Part shown: in pieces, positions 1 to 12,879 of the stretch
How positions within the stretch are numbered: the stretch's first letter is position 1
Layout of the letters: every line of letters starts with the position of its first letter
Origin: Octopus sinensis
Taxonomy: Eukaryota
DNA: 64,000 nucleotides
Direction: 5' to 3'
Assembly: GCF_006345805.1 (NCBI RefSeq)
Contig: NC_042999.1
Coordinates: forward strand, 94,302,001-94,366,000
Notes under the pieces: model-generated
Databases searched by the model: none
What the model saw: the letters and a program-made list of their open reading frames with translations, nothing else
Told to the model about the DNA's origin: nothing
Position numbers and translations under genes: made by a program

Positions 1-105
1 ACAAGTATCTGTGAAATGCTCAGCAATTTGCACTCTAATTTCAAGATCAACTGGAACCCGTGTCATCCTAACCGATGGAGTGCTATTATATATATATATA
101 TATGT

Positions 106-136
<31 letters not shown>

Positions 137-384
137 CGTATGTTTATACATGCGTGAGTGGAGTGAAGATTATTTATGCAAGTAGGAGGTGCAAGGATAA
201 AATTGGCCGAGAACTTCATAACACTCTAGCTAACACTAATCATGCAGTAACTCCTCTCACTTAACTCTTTACATTTCTCACCTTCGCATTTCCATATTTA
301 CTCTCATAGAGTTAAGACAACAAAGTTTTACTTTCACAAAGAATTCTTTCCTGGGGCTATTTTTAAATGACATACTGAAACATC

Positions 385-1010
385 ATTTTCTGGCTAATAA
401 AGGCTGGTGCGAAAGATTTAAGTTTCACTTCAATTTGCTCAACACAAATATGGTTGATTAAGGTATCCATTCCTATTCGGAAGTTACTATTAAACACCCT
501 GAGTAGTTATTGATGGAGTGAGTTACGCATAATATCAATGTCCATGAAACTATTTTTCCAAATGATATTGCCTCCTAGAATGTTCTTCTCGAGAAGAAAG
601 GAAATCGGCACCAGGATTTAAAGCTACACCGTCTGACACTTCTTCTGGGAGGAAATCTCACTGATTATATGAAATGAAATATTCTACTCGTATATCACAG
701 CAAATATCCCAATTCTTCAAATGTTATGCAAGTTTAATTTGCTTTGAAGTTGTATTCAAATAAGAAGTTATGGTTGTATACGAGTCTTTTCCAAGAGTGA
801 TTTACAATCAATTTTCGCCCTGCTGTACACAATACGGTGCCAGACGTTATATTTCGAACGAATATTTGCTATGTTATGACAATGCATTGAATCATCCATT
901 GAAAATAAATTAACTTGCTGATAATGTAAGAGAATAATATATTCTCAAGATAACGTATTTGCTCCAGCCAATAAATATGCGAGTGTATGAGATACTAAAT
1001 ACAGTTTGTC
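385..1010 (+). mobile_element. Degenerate Tigger/pogo-family DNA transposase (DDE domain) relic
   Basis: Across frameshifts and stops: FLANKGWCERFK, NVHET, SREERKSAPGFKA..RLTLLLGGN, SNKKLW, FRPAV, DNALNHP, LLQP. These follow the order of Tigger motifs (ASKGWFERFK, FNVDETG, EEKSAPGFKASKDRLTLLLGGN, SNKKAW, DNAPGHP, LLQPMD). Confidence 0.85.
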
Positions 1011-2258
1011 CATGCCCTTGAAGTTGCTTACTAAAATACAGACTTAAGTTCAACAAATGAGAGATAATTTGCAATCTGAGTTCGAATCCAATGAGGTCCA
1101 CTTTACTCTTCGAAGTTGAGGTAAAAATGCTCATTCCCATGCCCGTTAAACTTTCTTTTTTTCCATGTGTTACAACCTGAAAATCTCTGTGAGTTCATAA
1201 GACACTTGAAAACATGTTAGTGTTGACTCATGCATTGCACCTAAAATAAATAGTAAAATCATTATTCAAGCAGCCCTGACATACTCGCTTGCATGCGACT
1301 ATTCCATTGTATGTATTTCTTCCAGTAGCCGCAAATGAAGCGTGTTTCATCACGGTGCAAAAGGAATGTCATCTTCCCGTTAAATCTGACAGTTTGTCAA
1401 TTTCGTCTATAGTATTTCGCTGCTTATAGCATGTTTTTGTTGGTTTTGTTTTCTCAGCTAATTTTGGAAATTTTAAAATTTTGTGATATGGCTTGATGTT
1501 TAACACAATAGCTGTCGCCACTGATGCCACTAGGCCGTGAAGTAGTGGTAAAGATTAAATGTACCTATAAAATTCTTACTTGTTCTTCTCTTAAAGCATG
1601 AAGTAGATTGGGCTCTCATAGGAAGCAAGTTATATTACCCCAATGGTGGTTTTGTACGTGTCTCTTCAAAAGCCCAAGATTTTCTCCGATACATAAGAAT
1701 TTCCTCGGCACCTTAGTTGAAGGAGAACAGCCTTGTCACTATTAAGATTATTGTGCCAGAGGCTTTGTACCTTATTGCTTCTTTCATATCAGCTACATTG
1801 GACACAATTTACGAAAAATTAGTCTTCCATGTGGCAGTTGACTTTCGTCTCAATGTGTGTCATCTATTCAGTCTTCTTTGTTGTAAGAAACATATTAACA
1901 TTCTCAACAGAAGCCAGTAAGTCATTCGCGTGATACATTGGAACCTTGTGAAAGTAAGATGATTAGCATGTTAACTTGTATATGTTAGGAAGATAAAGGT
2001 TCTGCTAATTTCTTGATCACTTCTGCCTATTGATCAGGGCCAGGACATAGACTTTACTTCATTTTCTCTCCTTTGAGATTTTCAGGGACTGAATCGTTTG
2101 CGTGTGTAAGAACGTGTGTTTTTATGTGTCTATATATGTATATGTGTGTGTGTTTGTGTGTGAGTGTGTGTATAGGAATTCGTATGTATGCATCCACGTA
2201 TATGTATATATCTATGTATAATTACTGGTATGTAGTGTATATATATATATATATGTAT

Positions 2259-2303
<45 letters not shown>

Positions 2304-2976
2304 CATTCACTCGCGCGCGCACACACACACACACTGATAGAGATAATGTGACAATCATCCCGAAATTAATTTTAGATCTCATCTGTTAATTTTGCTTATA
2401 TTTGTTTATTTGGTTAATGTCACTGCTCCTGTGTATGTCTGCAGGAAACTGCGTATCCATATGTATGTAGCACTGTGTGAGTATGCATAACTTTAGTCCA
2501 CCAGATATTCAGTAAAAATTGTGTTTATTATACATTGTTCCACAAATTGTATTATGCAACGTAAATGAAATCTTGAACAACGTGTACATATAAATATACC
2601 TCTGTCTTTCTCCACCTATACACACATACATACATACATATATTTGTGTGTATGTGTCTGTTCCTGTTGGTATGCATTTGTATCCTCGTTTTCATGAATG
2701 TTGCTCTGTGCGTGCGTTTACTCACGTACTCGTAAGCGCACATAGAAACATACGCAGACGAACACAAACTCACACACGCGCTATATTTTGTAGATTGCAC
2801 TAAATTGGTTTTCTAAGATATCGGAATTGATTAACTTATTACAACACTCCTATCGGCTGTTGCAATATATTGTAGATTATAAATATCACTTTGATTTATA
2901 ATATAGAAACCGACATGATATTTAATCAGCACGCTGCTTAATATGGGATATCACTTTTCAGTCAAGTGGAAAAGAC

Positions 2977-2992
2977 GGCCGCTAGATGGCAA
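2977..2992 (+). promoter_or_regulatory. CTCF-like binding motif
   Basis: GGCCGCTAGATGGCAA closely matches the CTCF core (CCASYAGRKGGC) and sits in non-repetitive sequence. Motif match only. Confidence 0.35.
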
Positions 2993-3161
2993 CCGGGTAT
3001 ATTAGACGATTAATCAAGAATTCATAATTTCCTGTCCATCGTCATTATTTGAAATTTATCAATATGAAAAGGTAGGAAAACAGATAACTTTCATATATAC
3101 ATATGCAAACAGACTCTCACACTCACACTCACGCACACACACAAACACAAACAGACATATC

Positions 3162-3210
<49 letters not shown>

Positions 3211-3671
3211 CTATGTATGTATGTGTGTATATACTCACATCTAAATACATATAAATATGTATAGATATCTGTGAGTATGTATATATATATGTATACACAT
3301 GCACATGCATATATACGTATATATATATATGTATATATTTACATACATACGTACATACATACTTTTTCATACATATATGCTAGTGTGTTCCTGTTTGGTA
3401 AGTACGTGTCTATGCTTGCCATTGCGTACATGCATCTTTATACAAGCGCGTGCGTATATATATATTTGATAAATATATATTTGGAACCACACTTGATTTA
3501 ATAATGATATCTATGAGTGAATAGTAGTGTTTGTTAATTGATGGGAATGATTAAAGTACGAAATTCAGTGAGATACAATAGGTGTAGGGAAGAAGCACAT
3601 AACAGATGTCAGTGGACAATGGGGTTTTGAAAATTTTAACTCGTTTTGTTCATGAAAAATTGCTTTTAAAG

Positions 3672-4745
3672 AAAAGTCGGGTATGATTGAAACGTTCAAA
3701 GGCTGATTATAAAGGAGTAACATTGACTACGAAAAAGCGACACTGTGAAGGCTGACAATGAAGAAGTAACGCTTTCCTATTAATAACTGCAGGGTTATTA
3801 ATAGGAATATTTCTCTTTACAATTCACATAATTTAGCAGTGTTATCAAGTGTCTGCAGCAAACGGGATTAACCTTCAAGGACATTCATGCAGATGTTGTC
3901 GCTATCATTGGTAGATGATGCTAAAGCTTTATCAGTGGTGCAAAAGTGAGCAGCTGAATTTAGGAAGGGAAGAGAGTCTTGAAGAGGATAAAGTTCTGGA
4001 TGTCTTGAAAATAGCATCACCATGGAAAATATTGATTGTGTTCACTACATGGTGATAAATAACAAGCACTTGCCAATGCTATTTGCATATCCGCTGAGAT
4101 AACTGATAATATTCTACACAATGAACTTGGCATAACGAAAGATTCTGCTCGGGGGATAGCACGTCTTCTGACATTTTATCAAAAGCGCAACGAGGTGATC
4201 ACATTACGGGGAAATCTGACATTGTTTCAGGCAGATCCCACAGGTCTCCTTGAATGTTTCGGAAGCGTTTCATAGCCCAGAATGAGTGTTGCTTCGTCAC
4301 TTTGAGTCAGCGACAAAGAAAGAATCCATGCAGTGGTAACATCTCTCCTTGCCTGCTCCAAAGATGGTCATGGCTGTTTCAGCTGCACCGAAGGTGATTG
4401 CCGTCAATGAAAAGTACTTTGCCAACCTCCGGTTGCTGTTATGAAGGCTATCAAGACCAAACGCCCAGGAAAACTGACGAAAGGTGTCTACTTTCATCAG
4501 GAAATACCCCAGTACATAATTTCTTGTTTCCGATGGCTGCTGGGCGTGTCTATGTCTTTGAACTGGTTCAATCACCTCACATTTTTTTGGTTTGGAACCA
4601 ACTCACTATCATCTCTTCCACAACATGAAAAAAAAAATAAAATCACTCTAGGAGTATCGCAGTGCTGAAGAAAAATATACCGCATTTGGTCACATTCAAT
4701 GAAAATAATTTGGTCAGCCAAAGGACTTTTCAACCGACCTTCGTA
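3672..4745 (+). mobile_element. Mariner transposon relic with disrupted transposase
   Basis: Fragments KDIHAD, KW/AAEFRKGRES, ILHNELG, KESMQW, KAIKTKRPGKLTKGVYFHQ. The right TIR ACTTTTCAACCGACCTTCGTA ends at 4745; a degenerate left TIR lies near 3680-3710. Many stops and frameshifts. Confidence 0.9.
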
Positions 4746-6421
4746 TGCCTATTTTCACTGTCCTAACACTGGGAAATCATATGCAAAGTATGCTGCTTTG
4801 TTTTGAAATATTGCATGACAGTTTAATGTTGGTTAACCGATCGTGTCACTGCCGAATCATCTCGAATCTTATCTAGCACCCGTACGGAACTGGAAAGAGC
4901 ATGAAAGTCACACATCTGTATCATAATTACGTACGGAATCAAGAAAATACTCAACCCAGAATAGCTAACAATCGTTTACTAAATACTGTGTAATGTGAAT
5001 AATATTCACATTGGCTTCCAATATTTAGAATGCTTACTTTTTGTATGCCGTCATTTTTTAAACTACTAATTCTGTGACAATCAATGCTTATCCATATATA
5101 CAGACATACACACAAACACAAAATATACTTGCGTACGTATATCTGAATGACACTCATGTCATTGAATACATATTTATCGCGAAATATATTGGGAACATTC
5201 CTATCAAAACTAATGTAAGACAACTGATACTGTTTGTGACAGCAGGGAAAAATTACTGGTTACAAGTGTTGCCCTTACGCTTGTCAATAATTACACCAAG
5301 AGTAACTGAGCCGCTATATTTTCAACCAAAATATAATATCACTCCAACAGTGTATGAGCGTATATATGGGCATATATAAAATCACAGTACCGCTGAGGCT
5401 ATTGTGCTGGCCACTTGATATGTGAACTTGCGTATATGACAATCCATCATTTGAAATTGTATTACAGCCAGAAACAGGAGAATCAAAATTATCTGAAAAC
5501 TCTTAACAATGCAGAACCTCAACTTTGGGACTTACGATTAACTGTGTGATGGTCAATTCGAATTCTTTTCAAATTCCAAATTGTCATTCCTAGTTAAATA
5601 TCCCCCATTCGACTTTTGTGGAGAGGAGAATGATCGTTATGAACACTGCTGATATTCAAGGACGAGTAATAGATTTTTATGATGATATGAATTTTCGTTT
5701 TTAGATGCTACTGCAGGTTATAACAGGAAACTATTTCTCTATAAATTTATAACTACAGAAACTTAATATCGTCAAGACAGGAGAGTCAACAAAGCCGTAT
5801 CGGAGTAGATGAAGCGAATTCCTGTACTTTCCAACACTACTTTGTGCTATATGCAGTGACGTCAATCGATTATTTCCAATACAGATTCCATTCCTAAGAC
5901 GAGTATAGTAGATATAAGACTGTGGAAGAATCAGACATTGTGGAAGATTGTGGAAGAATCAGACAAGTCTGTTTCAATTTCTCCGTAACGGACATATATT
6001 CCCTCTCTCCCAATCCCAACTGAAGCATTTTTCATCATGGTGTCGATTTCAGAAGCTAGAGATATAGCCTAAACAAAACAAAGCTGCTAAGCTACAAACC
6101 AAAATACGTTAAACTATAATTAATGTTCGGCTCCTCTTGAACTAGGTGTAAACATCACCTGAGTTTCCTTCAGATCTATTAGAAGTTACTGTAGAACTGT
6201 ATGTGTGCAGATGATTTAGTACAAGCGTGATTAGCAAGCGTAAAATGTAGGGAGGCAAACAAACGGATGAGACATGACCCGATGAGTTACTATGATGCGT
6301 AAAGCATCCAGCTTTACAGTATTTCTGAAAACCAACCATTATCGAAGTAAAGAGATGTTGTAAAGTGAATGGTTAACTGATCGCTATTACTTCCATTTCA
6401 GAGAGGCAGTGTCGTCGTGAT

Positions 6422-6489
6422 TTTGCATTGAGACCAATTGATACCATCTCGTTCATTTGCATTGAGACCAATTGATACCATCTCGTTCA
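6422..6489. repeat. Perfect 34-bp tandem duplication
   Basis: TTTGCATTGAGACCAATTGATACCATCTCGTTCA occurs twice, at 6422-6455 and 6456-6489. Confidence 0.95.
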
Positions 6490-7077
6490 TTTGGCTGGGA
6501 ACCCTATTCCTACGTATAGGAACAGCAAATCACATTTACTGTGTTCTATATATAAAGAGTTGCTCTAGCTGAGCAGTAAATGAGCAAGTCTGCATCTAAC
6601 ACCGAGGAAGCAAAATCCTGTCAGAACACCGAATTTGATCGATCGTTGATATTGGGAGCTGAGTTCTGATTGCATTTAATTATAAAGTCTTTCTATAGGA
6701 TGTTTCTCACAAACATGCACATACAGACACACACATACATAGATACACACACACACATACACACACACACACACAAATTATTAAGGCAGCTATTCGCAAT
6801 TCAGAACCGATAGGCAAGAAGTACAGTTGTAACTAAAGTAAAGGAGGGTGCTAGTAAGCACCACCATTGCTAGAAATAAGAATAAAAATAATTATTAGCC
6901 GCGTGAAAGCGCTTTTCTAACGGCGAGATGGAAGCATATCAGCGCCAATTTCAGATTTAATCAGTGTTTATCACTGAACCGTTACTCCGTCACCGAGGGT
7001 TAAAGAACTTAAGTCACTCTTTCTACCTTATAGACAATACCATGGGAAATATTGACAGATTTCGAAAATGGTGAAGT

Positions 7078-8274
7078 GAGAATTATAAGTTATTAAGTTG
7101 GCTATTCGCAGTTTAGGATCGATAGCCAGTTTAGAACCGCTGGGCCAGTGTTTTCTGTTGTAGCCCCAGGCCGACCAAAGCCATGTGAAGGGATTTGGTA
7201 GACGGAAACTGAAAATAGTCCGTCCTATTTATATTTATATTTTTATGCGAGTGTGTGTGCCTTTGTGTCTGTGTTTGTCACCCATCACTGCTTCATTATC
7301 AGTGTTTGTTCATTTACATCTGCGTAAATTAGTGTTACGGTAAGAGACACGACAGAATAAGTACCAGTCTTAAAAAAAATGTAATGGGGTTGATTTGTTC
7401 AACAAAAGATTTTCAACGCGTGCCCCAAGATAACCGCAGCTTAATGACTGAAGAAACATAAAACTAGATAAATAATAAACATGTCGATATATATCAATGA
7501 ATAGATGTCGATGTGAGTATATATGTAAATATGTGTATAATTAGATATAGTTAGATGTATTTAGGTGGAGGCGCGTGGCTTAGTGATTAGGGTGTTGAAC
7601 TCATGATCGTAAGGTTGTGGTTTCGAAACCTGGTCCGGGCGATGCGTTGTGTTCTTGAGCAAGACACTTCATTGCACGTTGTTCCAGTCCTCTCAGCTGG
7701 CAAAAATGACTAATCCTACGACGGTGGAGAATTTCTATACCACTGAAACCGGGAAACCGGGCCTTATGAGCCTGTCATGGCACGAGCAGGAATATTGTTT
7801 TTTTGTTAAGATGTATTTAGAGAGAGAATTAGACATCTAACTATATCTAATTATACACATATTTACATATATACTCACATCGACATCTATTCGTTGATAT
7901 TTATCGACATGTTTATTATTTATCTAGTTTTATGTTTCTTCAGTCACGCGCTGAAAAATTTTAGTTGAACAAATCAACACCATTACTGGTACTTATTCTA
8001 TTCGTGCCTTTTACCGTAACACTAATTTACGCAAATGTAAATGAACAAATACTAACAAGGAAGCGGTGATGGGTGGCAAACACAGACACAAAGGCACACA
8101 CACTCGCATAGAAATATAAATATATACGACGGGCTATTTTCTGTTTCCGTCTACCAAATTCCCTCACATGGCTTTGGTCGGCCTGAGGCTACAACAGAAA
8201 ACACTTGCCCAGCGGTTCTAAACTGCCTATCGATCCTAAACTGCGAATAGCCAACTTAATAACTTATAATTTTC
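7078..8274. repeat. Long inverted duplication (arms 7078-7558 and 7833-8274)
   Basis: The right arm is the reverse complement of the left, with two small deletions. Both arms contain a SINE fragment plus unique flank. Confidence 0.95.
7565..7808 (+). mobile_element. tRNA-derived CORE-type SINE with 12-bp target-site duplication
   Basis: A-box TGGCTTAGTGA, B-box GTTTCGAAACC and CORE-like GTGTTCTTGAGCAAGACAC. Flanked by AGATGTATTTAG at 7553-7564 and 7809-7820. Confidence 0.8.
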
Positions 8275-8630
8275 ATGAAAAATATGGCCTCTCTAAGAGA
8301 GTTCGCCTTGATTCTGCCTGAGAATTAGTATCATGCTTGTGTGTATATATTCTTGTATCTGTATATGTAGATTAGTACGTTCACCTTGTTGCTTGTTCTG
8401 CTTCCCCTTCCCACATAACAATTCTACTCATAACCCATTCCGTGATGACGAACACTTTCCAGAAAGTCTGAGACCGATCTGAAGTAGCTATGGATACGAA
8501 TCAAACTGGTTTCAATAATACACACACACACACATACACACACACATACACACACACATACACACACACCGCGATCCTACGACTGCGATTCCGCTGCCCT
8601 AACCACTGGTCCATTGCGCCTACACACACA

Positions 8631-8671
<41 letters not shown>

Positions 8672-8677
8672 GTGTGT

Positions 8678-8977
8678 GGAGGCGCAATGGACCAGTGGTT
8701 AGGGCAGCGGACTCGCGTCGTAGGATCGCGGTTTCGATTCCCAGACCGGGCGTTGTGAGTGTTTATTGAGCGAAAACACCTAAAGCTCTACGAGGCTCCG
8801 GCAGTGGGTGCTGGTGATCCCTGCTGTACTCTTTCGCCACAAATTTCTCTCACTCTTTTTTCTGTTGGCCTGCTCGTTTAGCCAGCGGGGTGGCGTCATT
8901 TGAAGGCTAAAACAATGCGAAGCGCATTGTGACCAGCGATGTGTAGCAACATGTGATAGCCTGATCGGTCACGGTGA
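8678..8977 (+). mobile_element. Full-length tRNA-derived SINE
   Basis: Head GGAGGCGCAATGGACCAGTGGTTAGG...GGTTTCGATTCCC, then an unrelated body ending in (TA)n. Confidence 0.85.
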
Positions 8978-9704
8978 TATATATATATATACATGCATAC
9001 ATGTATGGATATTTATATCCATACATACAAACACACATACATAGTGTAAGAATAGTTGTGTTATATCACAAGTAGGGTAGAAGTGATCTGCTTGATATCC
9101 AAAGATGACAAGGTTTTTCGAGATTTACTGGGATACTTTTTGTGCTATTATACATGCAAATAGAATGTTAAATAATTTAAAATCATACTGAATTTATATA
9201 TCTTGCAAACTTTTACACTTGCAGCTGCGTTTAAATGGCAAATAATTATTCAGCACAAAATGGCATATAACATTGAAGGAAGAAAAAGTGAAATAATGTT
9301 GAACAAGTTTCGTTTCTTGCCACTATGTGATTCCTTTTAGTGTTTCCTCAATTTAACATTTGATCCTTATTTTCCTGTATATTTATAATATGGCCAACAA
9401 TAATACACGGAAATCAAAACTAAATGCGGAAACTCAAGAGAATAACAATACGTTGCGTAGATCGATATGTAGTTATATGCTGATCTTATATAATTTTACT
9501 TGCATGCATACATATATACATGCATACATATATACATGCATACATGTATTTATGTATGTATATGTTCATGAGTTTAGGTATGCATATGTGCTTACGCAAG
9601 CTTTGTATATGCGATAATTTGTGTTGAAAGCAGTAAAATATATGGAGGTCTAATGCTGCTAAATAATTTTCAACTAAATAGAACGTCATAATATTCAACT
9701 GTAT

Positions 9705-9945
<241 letters not shown>

Positions 9946-10602
9946 AGTCTTTAAAATATTCTGAATACGCATGAAATTTATTCTTGTAATGAGATTTCCC
10001 TGAGGTTTTGTACTACATTATCTATGAGTTATATATTTAAACATACAGTAGTTTCTACTGAGATATACATTTTATTAATTTAATCTTTTTTTTTTGTTTT
10101 CGTCTGTAATATTTTAAAATTCTTCCCACGGCTTTGAAAGTAATCCACTGGGAGTATATATTGTTGGAATTCAACATGATATGTTTTCTGTATGATAATT
10201 TTGTGAGATATTAATTAAATGCCTTATTTTGTCTTTACAAATATGAGTTATGGAAATCTCAAAAGATATTCATATGAAAATAAATGTATTGGAAACATAC
10301 AGAACCAGGTCAGGTTTTGTCAAACCGGTGTAGTGCGCCATGTAACTTGTTATCTTAACCAACACAATATTAATGTTTCTTACAAATTTTGGTACAAGTC
10401 CAGCAATTTCACGTGTACGGATATGTCGATTATTCAACTGGTACTTATTTTATCCTTCCCTAACACAAAATTAACTTCTGTGTAATCTGAACTGAAAACG
10501 TGAAGACGGGCAATATTCCGCTATGTATTTTGCACGGCGGGCAAACGATTCTACCAGCTCGCCTCTTTCTAATACAATATCATTGTTAAGATGATCATAA
10601 AG

Positions 10603-10775
10603 TAGGCGAATTAGTAGAATTGTTATCATGCCGCCTAAAATTCTTGACAGAATTTGGTCCGTCGTTACGTTCTAAGTTGAAATTACGCCGTAGTTCGCTT
10701 TGCTTTTTCATCCTTTCAAGTTCGATAAACAACTAGAATCAATGTGATCGACTAACCCCTCTCTCGAAATGGTTG
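10603..10775 (+). mobile_element. Degenerate SINE of the GGCGAGCTGGCAGAA family (Meta-domain-like)
   Basis: Similar to the copies at 22902 and 28812 (TTACGTTCT..GTT.AAATT.CGCC, GCTTTTCATCCTTT). Confidence 0.6.
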
Positions 10776-12666
10776 GCCTTTTGCTAAAATTTGAGACCAA
10801 TATTAATGCGAATGAGTGCTGAGAGTTTTCATCGCGGACACAAAGTTTTAGTACAATCTCTTCTTTTTTATACTGCAAAAAGCCGTGGATTCCACACATT
10901 TACACATTAGCCAAAGTGGCATTTCTTTTGAATCACAGCTACTTTCAAGCATGTGAAATGATTGTTAAAGAGCATCCTTTTTTGATTTGTGTTGATACAA
11001 CTTTAGTATTAAACTTGTTATCCTTATAATGATGGCTTATGGAGAAACAGAAAATATTGAAAATTATTTCTAATATAATAACTTAAAAGAATTGGTGTAT
11101 TATCAAATGCATTTCGGCCGTGAACATCCTGTGCTAGAAGTTATTTACCGACAGATGCATTAAGAAAACTTCATTAAGGCAGTCACCATCAAAATAAAGT
11201 ACCCTAATTATCTGTTTCAATGAAAGTGTTAGATGTATTGAAAGAACTAATTACCGATCTATTATTGCTTGCTTCCAAATATATATTTAATTACAGAGTA
11301 ACATATTGATCCAAAACATCAAATATTTGGAGATCAATGACTTTTCTCTAAAATGTTTGAACACTTTAAACTTTCGTAATAAATCGTTTATCTACATCTG
11401 AATTAAAGATAGAACGACTGCATGGATAATTTATTGGTCTACAAATTTATGGGGCGTGATTACACAACTGGCAGTGACTTTTAGTTGCTTCTGTTAGGAA
11501 GACAAGTATGCTGACTAATTTTTAATTTTTGATACCTGTTCAACCACTGATGGACGATGCCTATGATCAGAGAAATTCTAGGTATCATGTATTTTATACA
11601 TTTAGTAGCTACTTTTTAAAACTATGTCATGCAATTTGCAGTATTTCTCTGCTATTTCTAATGAATCATCATGTTTTTCTGTTTCGCTTTATGGTGCATT
11701 ATCACAAGTTTTTCAATTGTAGAGAATAAGTATGATAATACTGATACGCGTTACTTGTAATAATTATAAACCAATTCTGCAAGTAGCCACTCCACCTTAA
11801 AAGTAAGAGAGTTAAATAGTAAGTAGAGGCCTTGACATACTACCTTTGAAAAGCAACTGTATATACACATAACAGGGACACATTTTATGTGATGCATCTT
11901 TTCAATCGTCAGCAGTTAAATCAATAGCAAATTTTGGGCTGAGTTCTCTGTCCATTTAACAGTACGGAAATCAATTAGTTTTTAATGCTGGTTCCGAGGA
12001 TTAAATTTGTCTAGAAGGAGGTGAAATTTTTAACTGCATAATATAACATTTCTTTCACGAAAAGATAAAAATAACTCGCTGTACTTAAATGATTTTTGCC
12101 TACTCACTTAGATCACATTATTTTCAATTACATTTAGTGTAATATGCTCTTAAGACGCTTTCATTCTCATAAAGAACATAAAAGATAAACATTGTTGATA
12201 AGAAATAAGATGCTCTGAAAAGTATTGTACGACGTATAACTGGCCAAGATTCAGAATACAAGGTTGATCTTTCTCCTTGTTGTCATTTAAAATCAGGTAA
12301 CAAAATGTCATATTTTATCTTTCTGAACCACTTTTAGAACCAAATTGAAGCGTAATGACAAGTTTGATAAATACCGAAATTGATTTATGGAACCATTCAA
12401 TGAGCGATCGAAATGTCAGTGTTAATTCACATTCAAGAAGATAAATAACAGAAGATATTGCATGCTCTACCGAAATTTAGATATATTTTTTAATCTTAAA
12501 ATTATAAGCAAAGCTGAGAGAAAATGTTTGAAATGCAGTAAACGAAAGGAGCACATTTGTTATATTACTATACATTTGCTTCTTAATACATTGAATCGTG
12601 TATGCGTCTGCATTGTTAATTATTTCAGTATCCTCAAAGTGATAAATGTGTTATTAATTCTTGCAG

Positions 12667-12701
12667 GTGAAACTGAAGATAAGGATGAAGCAAATAACTG
12701 A
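12667..12701 (+). CDS. Possible short terminal exon encoding (G)ETEDKDEANN*
   Basis: Follows TTAATTCTTGCAG; acidic non-repetitive codons and a stop. No partner exons found, and CAG|GTGAAA could instead be a donor. Confidence 0.2.
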
Positions 12702-12879
12702 AATGTTCTCTCGATATCACACACTTTTGTAAAGTTTCCTTCATATTTAGCATTTCTTTACTAAATAATGTTCCAATACACACACACATCTCTCCTCGTC
12801 TGTGCCAAAAACGCCCTCTTTGGTTGTTTTCTTGTGTGTTTTTATTTCTTGTATTGTATTTTTTTGTAATTGTATTTTT

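Noticed and set aside
910-1140. Minus-strand ORF with LSKQLQGHGQ-like words resembling hAT/GTF2IRD2 LNxKLQG
   Set aside because: The plus strand gives a far better, colinear Tigger/pogo match over the same bases, so this is antisense coincidence.
6422-6489. 34-bp direct repeat as a CRISPR array
   Set aside because: Only two adjacent copies, no spacer, no cas genes, eukaryotic context.
7565-8740. tRNA-like sequences as tRNA genes
   Set aside because: They lack a complete cloverleaf and run into SINE bodies. The same applies at 25183, 32780-32822, 56824 and 60300-60375.
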